Positions 48,630 to 60,870 of a stretch of DNA of 64,000 bases are shown here, piece by piece. This stretch comes from Lepidodermella squamata. Lineage: Eukaryota; Animalia; Gastrotricha. The notes beneath the pieces were generated by a model. The model made no database searches and had not been told where the DNA came from. It saw only the letters and a program-made list of their open reading frames with translations. The stretch spans positions 3,658,001 through 3,722,000 of the forward strand of contig JBLDXI010000009.1 of NCBI GenBank assembly GCA_047495785.1, read 5' to 3'. The stretch's first letter is position 1; each line of letters starts with the position of its first letter. Position numbers and translations under genes: made by a program.

Positions 48630-50051
48630 TCAATTGAAAGTTTTCATCGACAGTGGGTCAAAGTCAGCTAAAGCAGCAACATGCGTAGGTAAATTGGAAG
48701 ACCACGTCGGGTCCATTAAGCACTGGTTGGTTGGAATCGGCACTGGCGGTGGCGCTTGTGGTGTCGATATAACAGCAGGTGGAAAGTCGTTAGCTTTGAA
48801 CGGATTCGTTTCCGATAAGGACGCCAATCTTGCTTGCGGCCGTGGACGAGCAGTGCTCGAGCCATTCGAGCCATTCGTAGGAACTGGTGCTGTGATCGGG
48901 GCTGTATTCCCGTTCGTTGCAGGGGGTTTCGCAATAGGTGGATTTTCTATTGATGCAGATCTTGGCATTCCGGTCCTAGCAGGAATCGTCGGTGGTGGCA
49001 AAATTGGTATCCCGGATGATTTGCCTATAATTGCAAAACTTAATGATATCCATCCATCATTAGACGAACATCATTACCAGTTTCCTCCGTCGGAGAATTG
49101 GCTTGCGTCGAATTAAACGAAAGCGACTCGATGAGTAGATGCGAATTTCCATTGTTTGGCAACGATGAATAGCGATCTTGCTCTAAATTAAATCGTGAAA
49201 AACGACAAATTATGTACAGTTATGGCGAATTACCTGGTTCCGTATGGTTACTCGTATTACTACCTGTTGAACTCAAACGAGGTCTATCTCCGTTTGAATT
49301 ATTGCCATTACCGTTTGAATTAGGGACGGCGCTAGGCGCTGGCGGTGCCTGTAAACCATGTGCAGCAAGAATTCCTTCTAGCTGCGAGATTCTCTGGCGG
49401 AGCGTTGAATTTTCTTGTTTCAGCTCGTTCATTTCCGAGATATACACAGTTTTCAACGTTTCAACAGGTTTTTCTTCCAAATATTTCTGATAGGCAAGCT
49501 CAAATGCTTGACCTATGGTCAGAGTAATTTCCTCTGCACACTTTTCGCTGTCAAACACGAAGCAGCGATGCGTGTTTGTTGAGCTATCCCGAGCTACAAA
49601 TGCGAAAAGCCGTCTTTCTGCCTTATCATCAGCGCAGTAAGACAATTGCTGCAAAGGAAATTGGTGCATTTGCGTCTTGGTTTTTGTGTTTCGAACTATG
49701 ACATTGTCAACGCTTATTATCAAATCGACTTTCGGGCATTTAACACCATCAGCTTTCAGCAACTGCCGATTAAACTTGGTCTTCTGCATGGCATCGCGCA
49801 CAACTTCAATGCCCTTGGTGCCAGAAGCGTCGACCGATCCGAAAAGCTAAAATAGCATGGCATTAGTGATATCGCAAGGCAAGAAGATGTACAGTTACTC
49901 ACTTTAACGGCGTAAACTACTTGGCCATTTAACAGTGTCTCAGCTGGATGCAACCATTTACTGCCTTTGATTGAAAGGAGAAATTAAATAAAACAGAGTA
50001 TGTTTAAAGTTGCTTACCATCCGCTGACTTTCGAGATAACCACTTCGTCAT
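48630..50051 (-). CDS. GULP1: PTB-domain engulfment adaptor CED-6/GULP (multi-exon)
   Basis: WLHPAETLLNGQVVYAVK, KGIEVVRDA, SYCADDK, CAEEITLTIGQAFELAY, leucine zipper, Pro-rich tail. Confidence 0.9.
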
Positions 50052-50787
50052 TTGATATGAAAACCCTATAAAAATCAAAGAGCAAAGAATTACATCACCG
50101 ATTGGGATACACATAAGTCTGTCATGAACGGTTTCTACTTTCATATTTCATATACCTAATTGTAAAAAAGTGCCACTTTAAACCCTTCTTCATAACCTGC
50201 TAGCGCTACATACTTATTAGTATCAACTGAGAAATAACTAATAGATGGCACATACCACAGAAGAAGACACAAGCAAACAGCTCTAACAGTGGCAATAAGT
50301 ACTAATCAGGGGATTTCGAATGCCATACGGCTGGTATCGGCTAGCCAAAATAGTCAGTTATCAGATATAGCCCGTTGGGTAGAGGTAGGCGGTATGCTTA
50401 GCATGTCCAGTGGTCATCGGGCATGGGGCAAGCGAAAGGTGACGGTTGCAGGTGAGAGAATCCTTGTCCGCAGCACGACGCGCAGAAACCACAAAAACTA
50501 ACTTTTTGTCTGATATTATGTTATCACTTCTTTTATTATAAAATACATGAGCACATTTAATCAAGTGGCTTAATAGTTTCCATATATTTTGTATTTAGCA
50601 ATAATTTAGCGTCTCTAGCTACGGTTTGCAGTCCATACCACGAGGTCTGATTTCTCACATCTCATGTTTCGAGATCTCCGCGAAGCTTTTTGAGTGGTTT
50701 ATCATGCCCATCATTTCACTCCAGATGAGATTGATGCTATGAGAAGCGTTCCTTAAGGCCCATTCATATACCTGATAGCCTAAAAGC

Positions 50788-52342
50788 ATGACATCAAATA
50801 AAAAAGCCTCATGGCGCAGCTCATCCGACACTCGAAGCGCTATCATCAGTGCCGCAATTCAGGATCACCTGCTGCGATCTATTGCTCCTTTTGACTCTGC
50901 AACAGCTGCACAGAGTTCACTGAGAAGTCAATACCTTAAGCCAAAGAAGAAAGTTGCAGGTTTGACTTATCCCGAACCTGTCATTTTTTTTTACACTCTC
51001 TTCTATCATGTCTTCTATGTGAAGGCAGCGGATATGGCCAAGCACCGAGAATTGTTCATAAATCTGTTCATTCGGATCAACAAGAAGCTGTCATCATAGA
51101 AAACACTCCTGTGTTGACACTAGGTATTTATTGAAAAGTGTAGCTGATAATAATTACTTTTTAACGATTAAGCCGAAAAACTGGGAGTTTTCAAGGGCCC
51201 AAAGCCAAGTTTGACTGAGGATGAATGGCGAACAGTGAAAGGTGGAGATTTCTGGAAAAGATATATTAATTTAATAAATTAAATTATCATTTCAGGCCAA
51301 GCTTTAGCACGTGGTGCTTTCGCTGACGTGTGTCCCATTTGTCAAGAAAGTTTGGGCGCTCGTCAAGAGGTGATTTGCAATTGGGCCTTAGGTCACGAAA
51401 ACTTAATTACTGAATTATTCGTGAGCAGGTTTTGCTTAGCTGTTCTCACACGTTCCATCGGCAGTGTATTACATCGCTTGAACGTTTCGCTGGACACCGG
51501 GTATGCCCGGTGTGCAGGCAGCAATCCTACGAAGCGCGTCTAATTTTCGAGGCAACTCATATTTACAAAGAAAAATGCGCTATCAGGTGAGTTGATATTT
51601 AATTATGTGCAAAGTTTGCATTTCGCATGTTCTCAAAGGATTCAATCATGGTGGAGAGGTTGCATAGCGAGGAAAGAGTATAGAAAGCTTCGCAAGTTGA
51701 TTCCTCCTCAAGATCCCCGCCTAAGGAAACGGTTCTACGAAGAAAAGGTACTGAATTATTCAGCAAAATCAACCAGTCTAGTCTTTTACTTCATAGCTTT
51801 CTGAGATCACTGATAAGCTGATAGAAAGTGATGTTCCGGATGTCAACGCGTTTCTAAGTGAAATGGACCGAAGTGTAGAACGAGCTCGCAGAGTTTACCG
51901 CCAATTCGAGGAGAAATTCGAGCAGATAGCTCACCCCAAGTTTTCCATGCCAGGCGATTGGGAAGAAATTATCGAGACTGTAATTTTAAATTTATTGCTC
52001 AATGCTTTGCTGATAAACCGTGAATTTCAGGCTCTAAATCGAGATGACGACACTTGCCCAATTTGTCTTGCTGGCCTAGGGCTGTGTTCTAGCAGTTCGG
52101 ATGCAGCTCTGAATTCGAGTCGCATAGAGAAGCCTCGCTCAGCCAGTCGGTTAGAAGTTGGAAACAAACCAGTCTCGTTGCTTTCATGCTCACATCTGTT
52201 TCATACTGCGTGCCTGGAATCTTTTGAACATTTCGCAAAAGAAGCCGATAAAGACAGCACGCTTCCACCCGTTCACATCTGCCCTCTCTGCCGTAAATCA
52301 AATTACGAAAAAATAAGCGTGCAACAACTTTTCTCCATGTGA
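50788..52342 (+). CDS. RNF32: RING finger protein 32-like (RING-IQ-RING), multi-exon
   Basis: AAIQDHL; LTL-AEKLG; CPICQE...LSCSHTFH...CPVCR; IQSWWRG; second RING CPIC...LLSCSHLFH..C...CPLCR. Confidence 0.85.
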
Positions 52343-52385
52343 TATCTTATTCGTTTTATTTCTTGAAAAATAATAAAAATGATTA

Positions 52386-53672
52386 TCATGGCTTTCGCTT
52401 GATTGGTTTTTGCGCTGCTAACCATTCCTCGGGTGATCGTTCGGGAACATCTGACAGGCTAGGTAGGAACGACTGAATGATTGTGACAATCTGGGAGAAA
52501 GTTGGCCGTTTACTAGACGAGTGGTTTAAACAAGGCACCATAAGCTGAACGTATAGTTCTTGCGGCATTTGATCAGGCTTTTCGTGAATACCAGCTAAAC
52601 AAGTTGGAAATTTATCAAAGGTGGACGAAAGATCAGGAGGGTAAGCTTACCACGATGAAGCAAATGCTCTTGTAATACTAAATTACTGCTAATATTGGGG
52701 TAGGGCTGTTTTCCACCGGAAAAAAGCTCCCAGAGGACGATTCCAAAGCTCCATGCATCACCAGATCGTGAAGTGTTTCCCCCACCTATAGCGTAGGAAG
52801 AAAAATACTATGAAACATTGAAGAGAGGAACACGATACTTGCCTGTTTCAATGGTTTCAGGGGCCACCCAGCGGAGAGGGAAGACGGAGAATTCGGTCAT
52901 ACCAACCTCCGCTGGGTGAATAAAATCAGATACTTTCACTATCGCTTTCGTATGATCGACATCACTCATCAAACAAACAGCTGCACATAAATTTCTATAA
53001 ATACGATAAGATTTATTTTACTGCTTGCTATGATGTTTTGCGGTCAAAAATTACCCATGAGTGACTTTGTTGTCGGACAAATACTGCATTCCTTTCGCAA
53101 TATTCAGCGCCCATTCACCGAGGCGTCTTTGTGATAGGTAATGATAACGTTTTTGAAGCACGGGTAATAGACATCCACCTGAAAAATTGATAAAAATTGA
53201 ATAAAGACGCTTTTGCTTGTTTTCGCTTACCTGGGCAATATTCTGAAATGACGAAAATTTGTTGAGAGGATAGTGCAAAACCAATCAAACTGACAATATT
53301 TTCGTGTCGTAAATGAACGTATCGAATCGCTTGCTTTGCCAAAGTTTTCGCCATAGGCGTGGTAAACCGCTGATTGAATGGAATTTTAACAAGAACTTCA
53401 ATTTTCCCGTTGTTTTCAGTGTTGTAAAAACCGCGATAAACATTCGAATGAATATCGTCGGTTTGCTTCTCGATCAGGTCGATTTCTTTAAATTGGACGA
53501 AAACGTCCTTGTAGGTTTCGAACAACGCGTTCAGCTCCTTATTAGAGACGCTGTTCGTCCGAGGCATGTCAGGCTCGGCTGATGACGGGTCGTCGAACAA
53601 AGTACTAGAATTCTCCTGCGAAAAATCCATTTCCGACTCATCGCCACTATCTGTACTCGATCTATTGCCCAT
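52386..53672 (-). CDS. Tyrosine-kinase-like pseudokinase (multi-exon; may extend to 53923)
   Basis: VLVK, LRHENIVSLIG, IAKGMQYL, HGNLCAAVCL, VKVSDFI, PLRWVAPE, DAWSFGIVLWELFS, RPTF. Confidence 0.8.
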
Positions 53673-53677
53673 GATTG

Positions 53678-53923
53678 TCATACATAAAAAAATTGAGTCT
53701 TCTTGCAACAAATTGATGCTGCTGTGTGGCAAAGTGTGGCTGAGATAATAAATAACACAGTAGAACAAACAACAGGTGACGTCGAGGCCTTTGAAAAATT
53801 CGCTACAGCCAGACGACAGGCTTTCTTTTCATCCTCGACGCCCCCCTTTAATGAAATATTGGCCTGAATATCGTTGGCAACGTCATTCGCTCCTTTAACT
53901 TCACTCTCAATTACATTCGCCAT
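53678..53923 (-). CDS. 81-aa ORF with TM-like segment abutting the kinase (uORF or frameshifted N-terminus)
   Basis: ATG start; VVCSTVLFIISATLCHTAASICCKK; its stop overlaps an ATG in the kinase frame. Confidence 0.35.
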   Translation of the reverse strand: MANVIESEVKGANDVANDIQANISLKGGVEDEKKACRLAVANFSKASTSPVVCSTVLFIISATLCHTAASICCKKTQFFYV

Positions 53924-54110
53924 GAAAAAATGCCGCCTTTGATCAATGGAAAAGCACGCAATGCTGAATGATAATTAAAATGTTCTACAGCACTTGAATG
54001 ACCGATGGAAACACGAGGTGCAAGAAATATTTCTTTTTCCAAAAAAAACCCAACGAACTCACTACTCAAATTTTTATTGAGAACGTCTTGAGTTGAAAAA
54101 ACACGTGTCG

Positions 54111-57100
54111 TCAATTGACGCTTTTTTGATCGACCTGGCTGGTATTCGCCGAAGCCGGAGCACCAGCGGCCGGGGCTGCTGCGGGTGATTCTTGAGGTTT
54201 TCTCAGGGCTGTGAACACATTGGCATATTGTGTCATGAGAAAAACCGCTGAGCATAGCGAAATCGACGAGGGTGACATCTGGGTGGTGCTGGCAGTTGCG
54301 GGTAGACCGCAACAAGATAGACTCGAGGTGAGTTGCTGCTTCAAGTTGGGCAGTAGGAAAAATTCGGGTGGGACGCGGAAACCGAGGGCGACGGAGATAA
54401 ATTCGCGGAAAATATGCACCCAAGCATCCATGGGCATTACAGGAACTCCAGGCAAGTATCGAATCTGCAGGGCAGTAAAAAAAGAGAAAAATATTAATTT
54501 TAGTTTTTTTTTAATTTCAAAAAATTCAATTTTCGAAGATGAAAAACTCGAAATTTTAAATTTTTGCTGAATTTTTTGCCATTTAAAATTGCATAATTTC
54601 AATTTTTCGATTTCCCAAAAATTACATTTTTTAAATGTTGGCATAACTTCAGGGCAAATATCTTCAATAAATACAAATTCTTGATTTTTTTAAATCAAAA
54701 TCACAAACCTCAGCCACACATCCGCGACATTGTTGGCCGACGCTAGCTAGGCCAATGTTGACGATGAAATCGCCAACGCTGAACGAATCGCCGCGAACAT
54801 CGGCGCGCAGTTGCGGCCTTGGCCGCAGGCAGTCGCGGAGAGGCGCGCCTGTGCCTCGAAAAATGTCCGCCATCGAACGATCGCCTATAGTACATGTTCC
54901 GGACTCTGAGATCACAAAGGAGGCTAGCGGCAATTCGGAGTCGACTATCACTTGCAGCATCTGAAATTTATTTTGAAATTTTAATTAAAAATGCAATTCT
55001 TTTTATCGATTCATGTCGCCAAAAAAATGCCGATTTTTACTGCAAACCCTATTCAGAACCTCATAGCTTTGCAGAAGACTTGTTTCGTAAACGTCATTAA
55101 AAGCCATTTCTGAATTCTATTCGATATCCTCATCAGTATAATTTTCGAGAAAAAATTGAAGTGCCTCAAACTGGGATGGCGACAAGCCGGCCGAAATCGA
55201 TGAGTTAACTGAACTCTACTCAGATGATCTGATGCGCTATCCAGGCGATACTCCATACCCACGGTTTATTAATCCATTTCAAAATTCCATTTATATGGTT
55301 CAGATTGACAATCCGACCATTCCTGGGTACAACTTCAACCGATATAAATTCCAAATGATTCTGATATGGGTACGAATTTTTCTCAAATGCTACACAACAC
55401 CATCTGGGCTCTATGGTTTATTGCGCGGGAGCTCAACAAACGCATTGGCAAGGTCTATTATAAAGTTGACAAGTTGAGGAGAAGGTTTAACCATCCCTTC
55501 AAAACCAAAGAGAGCTATGCGATGTAACTACTGGAGAAAATGAGCCGGCCGTTTTCTCGCGGCTTGGGCGACCGGAAAAACTCGTAAGTTTCTCGTTTCT
55601 TTGTTAACATTACCCCTCATCAGCTGTATGAATTTTTTCCATAGCATCAAAGTCACACAAACGAACCTATTAGCAAAATTGTTGCTAATAGATATTTCGG
55701 TAAAAAATGCACCCTGCCTTTTTGTATATCTATCCGCCGCTGGGTGCCATTTTCGCGTTCAACTTTGATGGCTTGCCTCGATGTTCTTAGCGTTTGCGAG
55801 GCGCCATGTAGACCCATGTAGAGTCTGAGGAAGAAGACACCGTCATGAACTCGCCCATACAGCAAACAGCAATCGCCACCATACCTGCGAGTACTGGAGG
55901 CGGGCTCAGGGCAAAGCGCCTTACAAATAAGTTGAAACCAAACAAGACCCATGGTTCTAATCTAAAGGTCCGGGGTTCTAATTCTCCTTTAACTCCATTT
56001 TTTCCTTCATCAGTTGTTTTTGTGAGATGGCGAAGTAAAGAAATGTGTTTGGTCACGGCTTTGTTTTGCCTTTTGGTTTGTCTTTTTAATGACATTCATT
56101 TTGATAGCTTTGCTCATGCGCTTTTCCCCGACGCTCAAAGGCGACGACGCCGAAATTGAAAAACTGATGGAAACTGTTAGGGGACTAATCCGTCGACTGC
56201 GCCTGACTAACAACAGCAGACTTGGAGGTGGATTTCCTGGGGACGATAGTGACGAATCTTTTGTGTTTTGTAGTAGTCGTTATACTCATGTTATATAATA
56301 TTTGGTTGAAAATGTGCTTCAGAGCCGGCCGAAATTGATGAGTTAACTGCGTAATGCAAGTTCTAATCACTCTGAATGTCTTGGATCTCAGTTTTATCGT
56401 GAAACCTGTTGGAATCTCGCATCGATTTTACAGAAAGCCCATGGCGCCAACTAACATTTTGAACGCTAATTCTAATCATCCTCGCAACATTTCATAATAC
56501 TGCCTTAAATTTCGCAAAAATAGTTTTCAAAATTGTAGCACAGACTCCGAAACTGAAGCTGGTCGGCTCTAATTCTAGGATTTCGAGATGAGGACAAAAC
56601 GCGTTTCGATAGAAGGCCGCCGTCTATGCGTCTATGCTTTTCTCTTTCGTTACCTTTTATTAGTGTGCCGTCGATATATCTTTATTGAAGTTGTTCTATT
56701 GGGTGGTGATTTTCGACAATGCACAACTTTTGTCAAACGAGCGTTGGGCGAATCCGATTTCTGGAAAGCAGGCCTCAAATCGTTCAGTTCATAAGCAGCA
56801 TGTTAAGCAGTACAATCTCATCCGTCAAGGGTTCAAGGTTGGCGATCCAAGATTCAGTGAAGACCTGCTGCGTATCGGTGAAGCTCGATACAACGATGGC
56901 AACTCACCGGTTGATCGAGGTCCTACGACGGACTGTTTTTTCATCTCACGTTACTTGAAACGCGTCAACAAATTAGACCGATTGATATTCCAACTATTCG
57001 GCAATTTGAAAAATTTGAAGCAACCCACGGCGTCAAACAAGCGATTCTGTCCACACAGCTCGTCAAACCAGATGACAGTCGAGTTCGAACGGCAACGCCA

Positions 57101-58227
57101 AGCGGAAAGAAATCTCGTTGCCACCTCTGCCCGAGCAAGATGGATCGGAAGCAGTAGCAACAGTGCTCCAAGTGTAACCTCATTGCTAGGCTGCGGAAAT
57201 CGATACGGCGTTGCTTCTTTCGCTAAAATGGCCCCAAGTTCCTCGCGATTGCAAATTATGCGCCTCAAAATAATTACGGGTTGAAATCTATTGCAATTAA
57301 CAACTAATATCATCAGTAATACGCTTCATTTATTGACATTTTTGAACGTCAAAATCGATGTCAAAAACAAAGACAAGTCATGTCGGCAAATTGTACATCA
57401 TTTAGGACGTTATCAGAGCTCTCTAATAATACTAATAAATAACATCTATTACCATTGCCGAGATAATGCATAAATAAATTATGCGAGCTCCGGGTCTGAC
57501 GGACCCGGATTGGCCTTCTACGTAACTTTTACCCATGGTTCCGACAAGGGTTAACCCAAGATTTCCTACAACCGTTGAAGTCGACTTTGTACACGACCCT
57601 TTTTCGAACTCTTGGAAATCCTATTACGTAATTGAGTACGATAGCGTCGATGACCAAGCGCGAACAGCTACTTTCCCCTCTTTATTTCTCAATTCGCTCA
57701 ATTCTTTATCACTACCGCAGCATCAACTTACCGTAATTTGGGGCGACTTTGCACAGTGGGGTGACTTTGGCCACTCAAATTATCGAAGACGGCAAGGTAA
57801 AGACCCCATGAGTGGGGTACCGCATATTACCAATTATAAAATAACAGGTGAAGTTAGGGGGATTTTCCGGTAGAATTTGGGTGCCTAATCAAAGGAATCC
57901 ATGCGCTCAAAATCAAAATCGAATGTCTTTTTCGAACCACTCTGCTTGCAGGGTATTATTTATTTTAGGAACATCGCGGAATCCGACTAATTTTCGTGTC
58001 GCACTTTTATTCAAATTTACCTTTGGCTGATGCTGGTGATGACTCGTCAAGTAATCGCTTTCAACGTGAAAAGTGCCACATGGCGTCGCATTAACAGCAG
58101 CTAAGCGTTGGGCTACCGTCGACATTTGCGTAGCAGGCGGGGCCGTCAACAGCGGCGCGTCACTCGGCTGCTTCGACGCAGCTGCAGCCGCGGCTATATC
58201 CAACACAATCCCAACACCGATTACCAT
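54111..58227 (-). CDS. MED20: Mediator subunit 20 (3 exons; 3-kb first intron 54961-58020)
   Basis: Exon1 IGVGIV...GTFHVESDY; exon2 VRGDSFSVGDFIVNIGLASVGQQCRGCVAE; exon3 IRYLP...QYANVFTALRK; phase-0 GT-AG junctions. Confidence 0.8.
56640..57730 (+). pseudogene. Helitron PIF1-type helicase remnants in MED20 intron
   Basis: VVLLGGDFRQC, FSEDLLRIGE, FLNSLNSLSLPQHQL in broken frames. Confidence 0.7.
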
Positions 58228-58359
58228 AATTTAAATCGAAAACTAAAAACCAACTGATAAACAAATCATCCTATTATTTTATTAATTATCGGCAAAAAAT
58301 TCCAAGGGGTTCAACGCGATTTATTCTCGATATAATATAAATTTTCTATTCAATTATAA

Positions 58360-59805
58360 TCACACTTCACTAGCCTGGGAAACCAGGACGCTTTTCAATG
58401 GCGATAATAAGTCAAGAGCAGTGACGCCCAGGCTGCGCAACGCAACTAACGGCAAGCTGTTAGTCGAATAAATTTGATGCAGGAAGTGAGTTGTGGCGGC
58501 TAAGGGCATCGAACGTGTATTTCGCTTGCATCGAAATTTCGCCAACTGCTCCGTCGTTCCAATATCATCCCCTGCATGGTAGCCGTCTTCAAGCACCCGC
58601 CGCAACTCGGCAACATCACCCAGGCCTAAATTCAGCCCCAGGCCAGCGAGAGGGTGCAGCGTATGGGCAGCATCGCCGACGAGAACGACGCGGTGTTGCG
58701 TAACCGGGACGGCATGCATCAATTTCAACGGGAAGCTCAACCGTTTGCTCATCAATTTTTCGATTCTCGGCGGGTTGAAAGCATTAGTCGGGTTCAAAAA
58801 CCGGGGTGAAATGTTGCGAATTTGCGATATCACATCACTAACTGGCTTTTGAAGCAGCGAATTCGAAGTTAGCGCGTCGTTCAAGGTGGCTACAAATTCT
58901 TCGTCAGACAGCGACATCAAATTCTCGGCCAAATCGCGATCAGCCGACCAAACTAGCGAGCAGTGCTCGTCGTCAAGTGGCAACAACGCGATAGGACCAG
59001 TGGGCAGGAATCGTTGATAAGCTACAGTCCCTTTGTGAGCCTTATCAACCTCTGCGAACTTCAAAGTGGTTACAACGCCCAATTGGTTGTAATCGAAGGC
59101 AATTTTACGAAAATACAGCTGTTCTCTCAAAGCTGAATTAGCCCCATCGGCGATTACTAACAACTTCGTCCAAAGCGGTTTTTCCGGTTTAGGATCGACC
59201 TTCAGGGTCAAAAGTGACCCGGACTGGTCTGAGCCGACATCGACAACTGAAGCGTTCCGCCGAATAAAAACACGGCCAGAATCTTCGGCCTGTTTCAGAA
59301 AATCACCGAAAACAGACATTAGATTTGAAGTTTCAACAATCCAAGACAGCGGCTCAATACCGTCGCCCATAGACAGATGCGCATTTGAGGCAGCGTCTGA
59401 AATTCTCATCTGCATCATACGCCCGACGCCCTTTTCCTCGATTCTATCCCAAGCTCTGGCGCCCCATGAATAGATCAATTCCATAGAAGACGGGTTAATT
59501 GCGACGACTCGGCTATTCCACGGCGGCCGTTTAGCCGCAGAATTTTCCGGCGCTGTTGCGACTTGCGCGGCTGAAGGGGCCGCGTTTGATTCTGACGCTT
59601 TGTCAATCATCAAAATTCGTCGATTAGAAAAAGCGGGAGATTTCGCTAGGGAAACAGCTGCCGCAATCCCAGCTAGACCGCCTCCGTTGATGACCACATC
59701 GAAGAATTCGTCATTCTTCAAATCCATCGAACGCTGAAACTGCGAATGCGACCGATAGGCGCATCGAACGAGGCCGGAAATGGATCGATTTTTCAAAATT
59801 ATCAT
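58360..59805 (-). CDS. COQ6: Ubiquinone biosynthesis monooxygenase, intronless
   Basis: DVVINGGGLAG, ADGANS, QRFLPTGPIALLPL, LVGDAAHTLHPLAGLGLNLGLGDV; basic N-terminal presequence. Confidence 0.95.
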   Translation of the reverse strand: MIILKNRSISGLVRCAYRSHSQFQRSMDLKNDEFFDVVINGGGLAGIAAAVSLAKSPAFSNRRILMIDKASESNAAPSAAQVATAPENSAAKRPPWNSRVVAINPSSMELIYSWGARAWDRIEEKGVGRMMQMRISDAASNAHLSMGDGIEPLSWIVETSNLMSVFGDFLKQAEDSGRVFIRRNASVVDVGSDQSGSLLTLKVDPKPEKPLWTKLLVIADGANSALREQLYFRKIAFDYNQLGVVTTLKFAEVDKAHKGTVAYQRFLPTGPIALLPLDDEHCSLVWSADRDLAENLMSLSDEEFVATLNDALTSNSLLQKPVSDVISQIRNISPRFLNPTNAFNPPRIEKLMSKRLSFPLKLMHAVPVTQHRVVLVGDAAHTLHPLAGLGLNLGLGDVAELRRVLEDGYHAGDDIGTTEQLAKFRCKRNTRSMPLAATTHFLHQIYSTNSLPLVALRSLGVTALDLLSPLKSVLVSQASEV

Positions 59806-60870
59806 TTCTAAAATTCAAAATCTGAAAGTCAGATTTCCCGAGTTTTTAGCAAAAAGCAGCTCATCTCTTTATTATTATAACTGTTTGTTTCATATCGATT
59901 GTTAGTTTTTTAGAACACAAATAATTGAATTTTTTCAAACATCATCATCATTTTTTGCCAGCTCATCCGTGTTTTACGTAGAAAGATGGGGTACACTCGC
60001 ACGCAAACTATTTTTTTCTGTTCTCGACGAAACACGCAACCTATTTGTTAGTTTTACCCATGCAGTTGCGTTGAGAAGTGTAAGAAACTGAAGGGAACCA
60101 AGTCATCATTATTTACCTCGGACGAAAAAGAGTATCCGTAATTTTTCTAGTAATTGTGAGGCTACCAGTGTACTCAGTATAAACTAAAACGGAGAATGAT
60201 AAGTGTTCCCTGCAGGTTATTACTATTACACGAGTCGCGCATCAAAAAGTGCATAATTTATCAAAAAAATGATAGTGATATGTATGTGTCTATTGGCGGC
60301 CAAATTATCATTGCCAAATTAAGGTGGAGTGAGTGTAGTAGAAAAATTACACGCGGGTTCAAATCAATTCCTAATTCATACGGAACTGGAAAAATAAAGA
60401 AGGTGAGATGCGATACGGTCGAACTGCTTGTATTTCAATTTCCACGAATAAAATGTGTAAATTGAAATGATAAAATGATGATGGCAAGCCGCGCCTCAGT
60501 TTGTTTTACGGCCAGCTCTGGCCCCAGCTTTTATATATAGCACGGTAAATCTTACAATCTTTTCATAGAGAGCACGAAACCCTTTCGATAAGAAACAGAA
60601 AAAGACAGCGAAAAACATAAATTTAAAGAAAAATCGGATATTTTGCTTGGTTATGTATTTTTCTAGAAATTTTAGACATAGACTTGATCACGAATAACGG
60701 TAAATAATAATGAGAACAGACATCATAAGTTCTTGCGCCTCTTGAAACACGTTTTTGCTGATTTTAAAATAATAATAGCGAAATACAAAGGTCGTCAATC
60801 ATCTTTGCGGTGGAATCCTAGCAATAAATCAAGTCCTAGGACGGGAAAAATGACTTTCTGGTGATGATTT

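Noticed and set aside
58360-59805. Intronless COQ6 as a bacterial ubiH/visC transfer
   Set aside because: It has a mitochondrial-type presequence and a eukaryotic COQ6-like layout; few introns is normal in this genome.
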